From: the human T2T-CHM13v2.0 reference genome, Homo sapiens
Assembly: GCF_009914755.1 (NCBI RefSeq)
Contig: NC_060937.1
Length of the DNA: 64,000 nucleotides
Direction: 5' to 3' (one strand)
The notes beneath the pieces were generated by a model, which saw only the letters and a list, made by a program, of their open reading frames with translations, made no database searches and was not told the origin of the DNA. This document shows positions 13,840-27,314 of this stretch, piece by piece (the first letter of the stretch is position 1; the number at the start of each line of letters is the position of its first letter). Position numbers and translations under genes: made by a program.

Positions 13840-14535
13840 GTAAATAGTGTTTTCCCTCTCTCTTATATGGTTATACTCACCACACTTCTGACACCAGATG
13901 TGTGGAGGTTGTGCCCCCAATACCAAGCAATTCTCCAGGAGCACAGTCTCTGGTGAACCAGCTGGGGATACTCTAATCAATTCAATTCTGACACTATCTA
14001 CCTGGCTAGATAATTGAGCCCACAGGTTGAAGATCCAGTCCCAGAAGACTATCCCCCCACATCAGATGCCAGTGGCAAGCACAGGTAGTGAGTGACCTGA
14101 GCTTTTGACTTGATACATAAATCAGGGCTCCCATGACCTCCTTGTTGTGTTCAATTAGTTTGCTAGAGCAGTTCACAGAACTCAGGGTAACATTTAAGTT
14201 CAACAATTTATTGTAAAGCATATTACAAAAGATACAGATGAACAGCCAGATGGAAGAGGTCTATAGTATGAGGTAGGGGGAAGGGTTGTAGAATGTCCAT
14301 ACCCTCTTGGGTGTTGCCATCCTCTAGGGACCTTCATGAGTTCAGCTATCTGGAAGCTCTCTAAACCTCACCCTTTTGGGTTTTATGGAGGCTTCATTAG
14401 ATGGGCATGATTGATTATATCATTGGCCATTGGTGATCAGCTCAACCTTCAGCCACTCTGGCCTCCCTGGAGGTTGAAGGGTGAGACTGAAAGTTTCAAC
14501 CCTCTGATCACATGGTTGGTTTCTCTAACATGCCA
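13840..14535 (-). mobile_element. MER21-like (ERVL) LTR
   Basis: cacttctgacaccag...aattcaattctgacactatctacctgg...gctagagcagttcacagaactcaggg...gcatgattgattatatcattggccattggtgatc; AATAAA on the minus strand. Confidence 0.8.
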
Positions 14536-14739
14536 CAGCAATACACTTTACTTTTCTGAATACTCTTAAAATGCATAATGATTTGCTCAAAGATTTACTC
14601 CCTACCTGTTTCCAAAGATGTCAGAAGAACTTCAGAAATGCCTAGGGAAAGAAAAGTTTTCTCAAAATAATTTTGAATAGAAATTTCCAAGTTCCCTATT
14701 ATGCTATGTATATTTATAAGAAGTAAAGTTTTAGTAGTC

Positions 14740-14866
14740 TGTGGGGCTTAATATCTAGATGATGAGTTGATAGGTGCAGCAATCCACCATGGCACACATT
14801 TACCTCTGTCACATACCTGCATGTCCTGCACATGTATCCCAGAACTTAAAATGAAATAAAATTTAA
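14740..14866 (+). mobile_element. 5'-truncated L1PA 3' end with TSD
   Basis: ataggtgcagcaatccaccatggcaca...cacatgtatcccagaacttaaaa. TSD aaag(t/c)tttagtagtc at 14725-14739 and 14867-14881. Confidence 0.85.
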
Positions 14867-15029
14867 AAAGCTTTAGTAGTCAAGAAAGACCTTAGAATAT
14901 TTTCAAATGGTTTGTCAACCACTGGGGGCAAAATCAATTGTACCTTACTCAGTAGCTCCTGTAGGAGAGGATACCTTTCACTTAGCTATTATTTGTTTAT
15001 AACTGCATACAAACTTAATACATTAATTT

Positions 15030-15165
15030 AAAATGGAAATATTTAATAATAATGGAATTGACTTCATAGAGTCATTCAACGGATCAAACAAAATGAAGCA
15101 TGTAAAGAGTTTAGCAGAGTGTCAAGCACATAACATTCATTAAATGTTAGTAATCATTATTATTA
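15030..15165 (+). mobile_element. MIR 3' half
   Basis: catgtaaagagtttagcagagtg...taaatgttagtaatcattatt. Confidence 0.6.
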
Positions 15166-15829
15166 TCAAAATAGGTTAGTCTTTATTATCATAGCTATTG
15201 CAAGGTGGGATTTACACATTCCTGCTAAGATAGTCCCATAATGGAAAATAAGGCCACATTTTGCTTTGATAGTGAATTACATGATAGTTAAAAATTTATC
15301 CAACAAACCTTCTTTGAGTGCCTTCTTTGTTGCCAAAGTAGGCACAGAGTATCCAAGGATAAATAAGACCTGTTTCTTGCCCTCCAGAATCTCCCAGTCA
15401 ATTGGGAGACACATACAGAGATATAATTGAAATTCAAAAGAATAAACATTGTAGGAGAATGCAGAGGAGAGAGCAATTAAATCGGTTTGGGAGGTTTGAA
15501 GAAAGAGAAAATGTGATTATTTAATTGAGCCTTATTACAAGAATGAAATTGTGTCACAAAATGGAGAGGCATTTTCAGGCTGGGTAAATATTATGTAAGA
15601 ATTGGTAAAAGTTGTGTCAGAAAAGAAAGGGCATTTTAGGCTGGGTAAATATCATATGCAGAGAAGTTAAAGTGTAAAAAATGTGTTCTATTAGGGGACA
15701 AGTATACCTCTGATTTTTGTTTTTGTCATTTTGGTTTTGAGAGCCTGAGTTATATCATTGAAAATACACGTGACAGATGTTAGGGAATGCATGGATTATG
15801 AGGCAGTTCAAATGAATGGTACGTTTAAA

Positions 15830-16460
15830 AAATTGGTGTTTTTGAAATTGTGGTAAGAACACTTAACATGAGATATACTTTCTTAACACATTTTTATGTG
15901 TACAATGTGCTATTGTTAACTACAGGCACAATGTTTTCCAGCAGATATCTAGAACTTATTCATCCTATATAACCAAAAATTTATACCCATTGATTGGCAA
16001 ATCCAAATTTTCAACTTTCCCCGGCCTCTGATACCACCATTCTATTCACTATTTCTATGAGTTTGACTATTTTAGCTACCTCATATAGGTGGAACCATGC
16101 AGTACTTATTCGTCCTTCTGTGACTGGCTAATTTCACTTAGTGTAATGTCCTCCAGGTTTATTCATGTTGTCACATATGGCAGGATTTCCTTCTTTTAAG
16201 GCTAAATAATATTCCATTGTGTGTGTGAATATGAGTGTATATATATATGTATATGTCTATATTATATATGTACATTATACATATATATATACACACACAC
16301 ACACATGCTATATTTTCTTTATCCATTCATCTATCAATGGACTTTAGGTTGTTTTCCTATCTTGGCTATTATGAGTAACACTTCAGTGAATAAGGGGTTG
16401 CAGACATCTGTTTAAAATCCTGTTTTCTATTCTTTCAAATATATATCAAGAGTGGGATCT
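15830..16460 (-). mobile_element. L1MA/L1MB 3' region with internal (TG/TA) microsatellite
   Basis: tgtggtaagaacacttaacatgagat...tctagaacttattcatc...ctatgagtttgactattttag...ccattcatctatcaatggac. Confidence 0.85.
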
Positions 16461-16844
16461 TGGTGTAATTCTAGAAATTTTAGTTCATCTTGAAGTGAAG
16501 GAAAAAACATAAGTTTTTAAAATGAAAGAGTTATTAGATCAGATCTGTGTTTTCAAAAGAAACATGGTGGGCAGTATAGAGGATAGGTTGGAGGTAGGCA
16601 AGATAGAAAGCAGAAAGACCATTCTGGGTGTGGTTTTAGTAGATCAATCAGGAAAGGATCATAACCTAAACTAAATCAGTAAGAGTAGTAACAAAGAGCA
16701 AGGGATGTTGACTAGTGAGGAGTAAGAGACAAGGGAAAATACTTCAGGGGAACTCACAGCATTCTAACTGAGCAATAGTGAAATGGTGCTAACATAGATC
16801 AGAGATGCTAGAAGAAAATATGATTTAAGAGAAAATATGTTATT

Positions 16845-17263
16845 AGACAGGTGTGGCCAACTGCTGTAACACACAATGTGAAAAGTTCAATGGCTTAACA
16901 AAGTAGGATAATGTCTTACTTGTTTAAGCCCAATTAGTAAGGATGGAATGTTTCGGCTCCCCACAGTGATTGAGAGATCCAGGCATCTTCCACCTACAGT
17001 CCAGCCATATCTTAGAGCCACACACTTCTGTTGGATTCTTAACATCCAGCAGACAATATGGAAGTAGAGAATGGAAGGTAAATGTAAGTTTTGTGGGCCA
17101 GGCATAGAAATGATGTACATAACTTTTATCAACACTTTGTTACCCAAACCACCACCTGGCTACACCTAATTGCAAGGAAGGCTGAGAAATGTGGTCTGGA
17201 GACACAACCAGGAAAAAGAAGAAAAAAATAATAATTTGGTAAAAAAAAATTCAGTTTCTGACA
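16845..17263 (-). mobile_element. MLT1 LTR (MLT1J/K/L-like)
   Basis: ctgctgtaaca...aatggcttaacaaa...cacctaattgcaaggaaggctgagaaatgtggtc. Confidence 0.75.
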
Positions 17264-20200
17264 TAGGACATTTAAGGGATGATATCCAGAAAGCAAGTGA
17301 ACCTCTGGAATTCGAGAGAAGTCCTGATTGGAGATAAAGATTCAGAAATCATAACTGTGCAGATGGAATAGATAGCATAGTCAGGGGACAGTTTGTACCA
17401 TATGAAAATAAGGCACTATTACAAAGGTGTCCATTTCACAGGGACTGGATATGAAAATTACCTAAGTTTATGATATAGCAATTATTCATCCTTGTTTTCT
17501 GGGTCATGGTCTTTTGGAGACCAGAGAAGTGTGACCAGATGAGGACATAAATGAGTGTTTGTGTCCCTGATACACCTATCAGTCGATTGATCAATTAATC
17601 ATTCAACAAATCCATCTCTACACTTACATATTGAATGCCTGGTAAGGGAACGATGCTCTACTGGTGAGTTGGTATCTGGCTAACAAGCCTTTGTGGAACT
17701 TACGTTCTTGCAGGGGAGACAGCATAAAAACAAATTACTCAATCATTTATATAATTTTAATTGTAATAAAAGGAACAAATCAGAATTACAGGGTGAGATG
17801 AAAGTATAGAGGAACAGCTGGTCTTCAGGGACAAAGGAGGCTTATGAAAGCGTTTTATAAGAGCCAAAAAATAATTACGTTACGAACACTTTCCCTTACA
17901 GAAACAGCTGATAAGGGGAAAGTGTAAGACCCTCATGCAAACAATTATATCAGAAAATGAAATGCTAAAAGTCCCTCTAAGAAAAATACACATAAAGTGC
18001 TTTTTAAGTATCTGGAATGGAGAAGAAAGATGTCTAAATAAAAAGCTTTGGTCTTTACACTGTGCCTCCAAGGGTGACCACGAGTTGGAAGTGTGGTGAG
18101 GCTAATCTTCCAGGGACAGAAAGGCTAAGGCTGAGGACAGCTGTGGGAGGTGGGACAGAATGGAAAATGCTTAGGGAATAAGTCCACTCAAACCTATGGA
18201 GTGTGGAAGAGGAAGGCAGCCAATTGGAAAGATAATTTGGGAACAGATAATAGAGGGTAGAATTTGAGTAAAGAGACTAGCTAAAGAAAACCAACCTGAA
18301 GGCTATTTTAATCACCCACAAAAGAGGTGATGTATGAGTTGGTTATTGGCAGTGGCCATGAAGGAATGGAGGGGGACAGATTTGAGTCAGAGGAATCAGA
18401 AGCAATAGAACTTGTCACTTTTTCAATAAATATTAATTTAGCACCTAATATGAATCAAATACTGCTAGATGCTGGGGCCTAAGCTCTCTTCTTTCTCTCA
18501 TTAATGCTTCAGGAAAGAAAAGGATGTCCAATACAGATTTCATACAGTACATTTTTCCCTGCATAGCCTTTTGGAGATTCGTTACTGTTGCTCTTCAAAT
18601 CTTTTTAATCCATGTATCTTACAGTTACTTTCCTTTTACCAATCTGTCTGAAAATAGCATGTTGTTTTACTGAGAGGTGAAATAATTCCAAGGACTAAAT
18701 ATGCTGCGGTTCACAGGTACATAGCTAGGTACAGCCATGTCACACTATATACATGTTATCTTGGCCTAACAGACTTTATATCTGCACAAACTGTGAACTG
18801 GCAGTTGGTATTTATATACAGCCTGTCCCCCAGGGATGACCCATGGGCATGCAAGTCTTCCAGAGCTGGCAGCCCTCTTTGAATGCTGATAGTGTAATGT
18901 GTTTTTATAGAAACATATCCTAATGTGTGTTTCAAACTTGGAGCTATCTGTCTATGTACTCCTTCATTTAAAATAAAACACAAAGATGTTTAGCTGTGCA
19001 AACAGGAAAGGTGCTTCCAAATAGGTTTCAATTTGGGCCATTCTCCATAAATCTCCTCTGGTTTCTTTGCTTTCTGTTTTCAAAAGGAAAAAAAAAGCTA
19101 TTGGAGTGCTAGCATATTACAGTTTTTGTTGGTTATTCACAGTGTGAAATGAGCATCACTAAATAAAGCAACTGCCAAATAAATGCATTCTGGTTACAAA
19201 GAGAACCCACTGTAAAACTAAAATCTTAAATCTAATTAAGGAATTTCCAAAAGCCATATCTTTGAAACCTTCCAACAACAACAAAAAAAAATACATTTCA
19301 GCTGGGACTTGTGAATTGCGAGCTTTGTACATAAAAGAAACAACTTGTTCTAAAGCTGAACTTCAGTAAATTACAGAGGCGGTGTGTCTTTCATAACCCC
19401 ATTACGAGGGAACGTTCCTCTGCTAAACCCTTTGGGTAGCAAGCTCTGCAAGCAGTGCTCCTGGCCAGTGGGTTCTCCTGTAAGGGATTAGATAAATATC
19501 ATGCACAGGCTGAAGTCACTGTTTTGCTTTCAATCATCAAAACTGGAAATTAAAATGGTTACTCAAAGTGGCTTGTACATGAATAACTGGAAAATGTAGG
19601 TCCAAAAGGTGTATTTTAGCCATAGATTATCTTCCATGTGAGTGTACCTAGCTGCTTGCAGTGTGTACATATTTTCTAAATTTAAGGGGGAAATCAAGCT
19701 GAAACTAGAATGACAAAGAAAGCTTCTCTGTGCTGTTCTGGAAAAAAAGAATCTTAGTATGTTTCTGCATGAACAAAGAACTTTTTTTCTCATTCTTTCT
19801 TGTATCTATTTTAAAAGGTATGAAGACAAAGGAAAATTTCAGAACATTTTCTAATAGTACAAAATGGTCATCGCTTGGAAAAAAATAAAGAAAATAAATC
19901 TATTTCTTGTCACACTCCCTAGGCTATGTATCTCTATACATGTGGACAACTGTTAATCACCAAATATCCAAATGGGAAAAAACATGCATCCAACTAGATA
20001 ATCTTTATTTGATCTGCAAAATGATACTAATATTTGACATTCATAAAGCAAAATATACAAGTGTCATTTTCTCTTTTCAATTGTGTATTTTACTATGTAA
20101 CTGTAACTAAAGAAAGTATAATAATCTAGGACACATTGCCATAAATTTCACTTTTGCAATAATACTTTACATTGTGTGAGGGCAGGTAGCTGGAAATGGG

Positions 20201-23200
20201 TTTGGGTCCCTGTAATATAGATAATAACTCAGTTCTGCATTTTACTTGCATAGATGTGCATAAAATAAAGCCTTAGTGCTATACAAGGTCATGAGGTATT
20301 GGCTCCAAAGACTTAAAATATTTTTCAATAATCTTTTTTTCATATATACAACTTTATTTAAAGAAATATTACTGGAAATTATTTTACTTTTTATTTTATC
20401 ATATTTTGCATTTTTAAATGCTATACATATTATTCTTGACAACTGAAGAGTCAGAAAGTCTTTGTTAATTGCATCTAATGTATGTTTGCCATGGACATAT
20501 GCTTGTGTGCATATATTTATACATGTGTTCATATGTATATGTACAGCTATATATACATATGTATATAATTTATATGCACATGTATACACCTGCATACACA
20601 CATTATTTACTAATAAACACAGACTCATATGAGTGCTTTGTTGAGTTCATGTGATCAGCAGCCAATATGCTTAGCTTGGCCTTTTTTCTCTTTTTAAACA
20701 AAGAGCCACATTTGCCTCTGGCCACACTATGCACTCTGTGGAACATACGCCCAACTTCAAAAGGACCATGTAAGCGATGAGCTTTTAAACCTAGGCAGAA
20801 GGCATATGCCTACATGCCTTAAGGCACAGGGAGGTCAACCAATGCCCTTATGGTCACACAGAAGGTGTATCGCTGTGATCAAACTATCAGTGAAGCGTTT
20901 CAAACTACCTAGTCTCTGTTACTTCTGTTCATATGGATGAATGTAAATCGCTATAAAAAGCTCATGGGTTAAGCAGGTGGCTCCTGGAGCTAATGTTCAA
21001 TGATAGTTAATACTCGTTACCCTTAATTGAGTACTAGACGCCAGCCCCTCTCACATTATATACCTATTTAATCCTTACAGTCCCATTAAACAATATGTGT
21101 TAGTGTTATTTCCATTTATTGATGATTTTTATCTCTATTTAATCCTTGTCATACCTCTATGAGATATGTACTCACATTATTCCCATGTTATAAATTTAAA
21201 AACCAATGCTTACAGAAGTAACTTACACACAGTGAACAGCAAAACAAGGATTGGAGGCAAGGTTTTGGTGTCTCCAAAACTTATTTCTGCCTTTAAAAAT
21301 TTTAAGTGGTTACTATTTATTGAACACTTAAGATGTCCCAGGCATTGTGCTAAACACTTGCACGTACTACCTCAATGATACTAATCACACTATGAGGTCG
21401 AGATTTTCAATGTTCTCATTTTACAAATGACAAAATTGACCCATGGAGCCCTCTTAAACCCTACAGACTCTGCCTCTCTCACAGAATTTGTATATACCTG
21501 CTTCATCAGAGCTGCAGACAAAAGCAGAAGGCACATTACAGAGCACAGTTAGAACTCAATCTATAAATTTCTGTTGAATTACTAGTACTCCAAGTCACTT
21601 TACTTTCTATGAGGGCCACTGATAATCTACATTTAAATAATCTTAAGCAAGAGGCAAATCCCTCAACCAAAATTGATGGTGAAATCTAAGCTGCAGATCA
21701 TCTTTCACAATCAACACATGGGTGCATTTTACAATATAAATCTGTGTAGATCACAACATTGCTCACGTCAAGCTAATATTTCATGCTTTATATGAAAATT
21801 GTGCATAGCTGCATCTGTGGAGGCAACTGAAACCATGGAGATGGGTATGCTTTCCCTCCCAACCTTGCCCATTAAGATCCTTCTGCTTTAAGGTATACAA
21901 ATACCTAGCCAGGCACTGTACTAGGTACATGTATACCTTAAGTGCTTTTCATGGCACTTAAAAGCCATGAAAAACCTTTGTGTCTTTCATTGTCTTCAAA
22001 CCAGAGCTTCCTCCCTGAGTATAACTAAGTGCCCACTTAGGAAAATATGTTGAGTTCTGTGCTGCTGCTGATGATGAAGGAAGCAGCTTCCATGTTTGTC
22101 TGATTACGCTGTTATCCCTCCAAACCCCATTTACTAGAGGCCCCAAGCCAGGGTTGCTCAGCCCATCCTCCATACAGCTTCTGAGTTCTCAGCAATGCCT
22201 GTACAATGGCATTGCAGTCTTCTACTGGTTTTTCACCAGGAAGTGGAGCTGCATAGTCAAGTTTTTGGCTGAGTTCACACTCTGGCCGCGGCCAAGGCCT
22301 GGGGCTTTCCCAGAGCTGAGTCTTATAGTCAAGCACTACAAGCACGTCTCCCCAGGGCTCTGTAGTTACAGTTGGAGTCCAGCACTGCATGCTGCCCTAC
22401 TTCCATCAAGAGAGGCATCTACACTAGCAAAGTGTGGCTTGGTTTTACCCATCCATCCATGAAATAGGAATATGCCAATTGGCCACATGACATATGAAAG
22501 CTGAACTCCAGAAAAAAATCCCATGTTCAGTGACTTTACCTTCCCAGGAGAAAGATGCCGGCTGTGATTCCTAAATTCACCATTGTCTTGTTGACTAGCT
22601 TCCCAGACTTAAGCAGTTACTAAGGACCTGATTATAAAAGTTCATGACTCTTCTTTTCTTGCTTTCACACACCCAATGCTCCCATTCCACAAAATAAAAC
22701 TAATTATGCTTGACTTTACTTTGGATACAATAATAATATGTTGACTACTCCTGAGGCCATTTGTCCACTGTAAGGTAATAGATTCCTTAATCAAGAAAGT
22801 GAGAAAGAACTGATGTTGCGAGTGTACACAGATGGCACATGTGTATCACTTTTCCTATATAACTACATATATCCAGCTTCAGTGTCCAGTGAGATACTAG
22901 AGCAGACTCCTGCATCCCCCCGCCCAGTCTCACCCATCTGAGATTGCCAGATTATACAAAAAGCTGGAATTACCTCCCATTATGTCTACTTCCAAAACCT
23001 AGAAGATGAAGTCTCCAGCAGCCCATTTTTTAAAATAAGTATTTATATTTTGAAACCAAACAAGACTAACCTTAAAGCCCCATTCTGTGACATAAAATGT
23101 ATCATCATTTTAAGATCTATAGTACCTGTGAAAACTAGTTTATATGCCTTTTTCGGTGACCCAAAAGAGAGCAAAAACAGTTCAAAAAAACATGTTATAA

Positions 23201-23218
23201 GCATCAGTTGCTCATTCT

Positions 23219-23255
<37 letters not shown>

Positions 23256-23504
23256 AACAAACAAGCAAAACAAAAAGCTACCATAGAATAAGCCTCAAAA
23301 GTGTGGCATCTTATGTGCCCTTAAGTGAAGGTTGGTTTGACTACCACTCTTCAGGATGATTAACTCCATTCATTCAATGAATATTTATTAGGTACCTATT
23401 CTGCTCCTGACTTGCTAGACTCATGGTGGAGGGAAAAAAAGAAGGCACATAAGTGATTCCTGCATTTAGGGACCAAAGTCTAAGAAGGATATTGGCATGA
23501 AACA

Positions 23505-23750
23505 AATAATAGCTCCTATTATTTTTTTAGCTCTTACAGCATAACAGATATTGAACCTAGCATAGATTATCAAATTTAATTCTCACAAACACCTGCAAAA
23601 CAGATAGTCCTAGCCTCATGCAGGGATAAGAAAACTGAGGCTCAGAAAGTTTATGTGACTCTTGTCCAAGGTCACTCAGCTAGAAAGTAGCAGCACCTAG
23701 GTTTATCCTCCAGTCTGTCCAGCTCCAGGCTCACATTTGTCCTCCTATAC
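23505..23750 (-). mobile_element. MIR
   Basis: gataagaaaactgaggctcagaaagtt...ttgtccaaggtcactcagctagaaagt. Confidence 0.75.
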
Positions 23751-24048
23751 CAGAAGGGCAGTGACGGAGGTGAATGTATATTTCTATGGAAATACAGCTT
23801 GACGATTAGCATGATTTCTTCTTCTAAGTGCTATATCCACTTTCCTTCCCAAGACTCCAAGGACATTGAGTTGACTAAGCCTTCCCTCCAGCACATCCTA
23901 GGGAAAAATTCAAGCCAAAGTCCTTTGATGAATAAAGTCAAAGGAATAATCAATAGTCCTTCTAGCTTCTGTCACTAACAGTGAGAAGCATAGGTGAAGC
24001 CATGGTCACAAAATAGTTAAAGAAGCCTCCTCCCACCATTCCTCACAA

Positions 24049-24498
24049 TCTTTCTTTCCCACTTCGGCTTGGCAGAATGGCTCCCACAAAGAAAGGTGGT
24101 GAAAAGAAGGGTCGTTTTGCTATCAGTGAGATGGTGACCTGGGAATATACCATCAACATTCACAAGCACATCTCTAGAGTGGGCTTTAAGAAGCTTGTCT
24201 TTCAGGCACTCAAAGAAATCTGGAAATTTGCCATGAAAGAGATGGGGACTCCAGGTGTGTGCATTGATACCAGTCTCAACAAAGTTTTCTGAGCCAAAGA
24301 AATAAGGGATGTCACATACCATATCCATGTGAAGTTGTCCAGAAAACATAAGAAGATGAAGATTCACTAAACATAGGTAAATATTGGTTACCTATGTGCT
24401 TGTCACCACTTAAAAAAATCCATACGCAATCAGTGTGAATGAAAACTGTTGATTGTTAAAGTTATAAAACGGCAAAAACAAAACAAAACAAAAAAAAA
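24049..24498 (+). pseudogene. RPL31P: Processed pseudogene of ribosomal protein L31 (RPL31)
   Basis: ORF 24077 [30 protein letters not shown]...[20 protein letters not shown] corresponds to RPL31 ([31 protein letters not shown]...). Intronless; TGA replaces the Trp codon at 24290-24292; downstream frameshifts; pyrimidine 5'TOP-like start; A-rich tail 24474-24498. Confidence 0.95.
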
Positions 24499-24633
24499 CG
24501 CAGTTAAGGGAACATCCATTTAACATTGACCACCTAGTATGTAGGAGCTAAACAATAAACAGTTGTTGGTACCAAAAAAACCAATGTCGCCAGTGGGCTT
24601 GGGCATGGTGAGGGCATGTAAAAAACTAGAACA

Positions 24634-25100
<467 letters not shown>

Positions 25101-25307
25101 CTAGCTCATGCTACACATATGGCCAGCCTGGCTATTCTTTCTCTCATCTTGGCCCTGACAACAGTTGGGAAATTATGGTCCCCTTTTCTGTTTTGCATAT
25201 TCATAGAAAATATCTGTATTCTAACCTGCCCAGCTACAGTTACTTCCTCTGTAACTCCTTCCTATCCCTATCATTGTAAATTAAGTTAATTCAGCAAAGA
25301 AGTTAAC

Positions 25308-25649
25308 AGGAAGGAAGAGAGAGAGAGAAATGAGAGAGACTGAGAGAGGGAGACATGGATGAAGGAGACGGAGGAAGAAAGAGAAAGAAAGAAGGAAAGA
25401 GGAAAAAGGAAACAGGAAGGAAGGAAGGAAGGAATTGGAAGGGGAAGGGGAAGGGGAGAGAAGGGAAGGGAGGGGAGGGGAGGGGAGGGAAGGAAGGGAG
25501 GAAGGGAAGGAGGGAGGGAGAGAGAGAAAGAGAAAGAAAGGAAAAGAAAGAAAGGAAGGAAGAAGGAAAGAAAGAGAAAGAAAGAAAAAGAAAGAAAGAG
25601 AAAGGAAGGAAAGAAAAAGAAGAAAGAAGGAAGGAAAGAAAGAAAGAAA

Positions 25650-25685
<36 letters not shown>

Positions 25686-25751
25686 GAAAAGAAAAGAAAG
25701 AAAGAAAAGAAAGAAAGAAAGAAAGAAAAAGAAAGAAGGAAAAGAAAAAGA

Positions 25752-25755
<4 letters not shown>
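25308..25755 (+). repeat. Compound purine microsatellite (GA/GGAA/GGGA/GAAA)n
   Basis: No pyrimidine from 25437 to 25755. This is the source of the K/E/R-rich ORFs. Confidence 0.95.
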
Positions 25756-26140
<385 letters not shown>

Positions 26141-26561
26141 CTATAAACTAGCAACTAGGGATTAAAATTTTAGCTACCTCCTTTTTTAACACCTGAATCA
26201 CTAGGGGTACAGGATTTCATTTAACTTGGTCTGTTTTGTGAAATGCAGAAAGATGATTTTGGAAAAAACTAATATAAGCATTTTTTTAAAGTGTCTAGAC
26301 TGCTACTTAAAAAGTAAAGGGTAACAGTTAAATGGGGCATGAGCTCCTGAAACTGTCTTTGATTTAAATAAAGTGAAGAGCAACAAGAAATGGGTTTTAG
26401 GTTCAATCTGTGGCCTGGGGAAAAAAAAAGTTGGGGGGGGGGGGGGGGGAGTGAATTATGGCCAAACTATCAATGGGCACCAATCTGTCTCACTTTTTCA
26501 GACCATTTGAAATGGTCATAGGTCATAAAATAAATTATTGTTATTTTTAAAAGGGAATTAA

Positions 26562-26746
26562 CGCCAGGCACAGTGGCTCGTGCCTGTAATTCCAGCAATT
26601 TGAGAGGCCAAGGCACGCAGATCACCTGAGATCAGGAGTTTGAGACCAGTCTGGCCAACATGGTGAAACCCTGTCTCTACTAAAAATACAAAAATTTATC
26701 ATGGTGGCACAATCCCAGCTACTCGGGAGGCTGAGGCAGGAGAATC
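26562..26746 (+). mobile_element. 3'-truncated AluS fused to the ERV LTR
   Basis: Left arm plus partial right arm ending at ggagaatc; no tail. Confidence 0.9.
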
Positions 26747-26749
26747 TGC

Positions 26750-27247
26750 TGAGGCTGATTGGATGTTTGATAGGCAGGCACACACAGCACAGTTTTAACA
26801 AGCAATTTATCCCCTACTGTGCAGGTCCCTCCCCAGGTTCCTTATAGGCTGAGTACTATGAGGTTACAATTTTCCCGGACTTCGCCTATTGATTGTTGGG
26901 TAGGGTCTTTAGATGTTTTTTTCAGGGTTGTTTTGCTGTATTTTGCTGCAGCCCACAATACATTGCAATCCTAGTTAACTAGGGGGCTCTTCAAGTATTT
27001 GACTTATGACCTAAGTAGCTGGGCAGGCTGATAAGATCAGACAAAGCAAGCTATTTTGCAAACTAGTAAACTTTCATTTTAAACTAAACTTTTTTGGTTT
27101 GGGTGAGGGCAACTAAGGCTGACAAGCAGGCTTTGGCTATCCAAGCAGGAGCCTAGTATATTCTGTTTTTTCTGGTAGTTTGCTGACCAAAGCTGACTGA
27201 AGGCACTTTGTCTTGGAAATGGACCATTGTATATATTATTTCCTTCA
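26750..27247 (-). mobile_element. 3' LTR (R/U5 end deleted; LTR71/LTR10-class)
   Basis: Begins TGAAGGAAATAAT on the minus strand directly after the PPT aaaaagacaagggaat; about 88% identical by eye to 31850-32331. Confidence 0.88.
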
Positions 27248-27314
27248 ATTCCCTTGTCTTTTTATTTTGACCCCTATTGGTCCCATTTCCACATTTATTT
27301 TTGTGCCCTTTGGT

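Larger units (their letters stand above)
15290..18480 (-). mobile_element. Fragmented L2 elements (interrupted by L1M and MLT1)
   Basis: Antisense L2 3' ends at ~15290, ~17590 and ~18420, plus internal L2 pieces (agatcagatctgtgttttcaaaag; tggagataaagatt). Confidence 0.6.
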
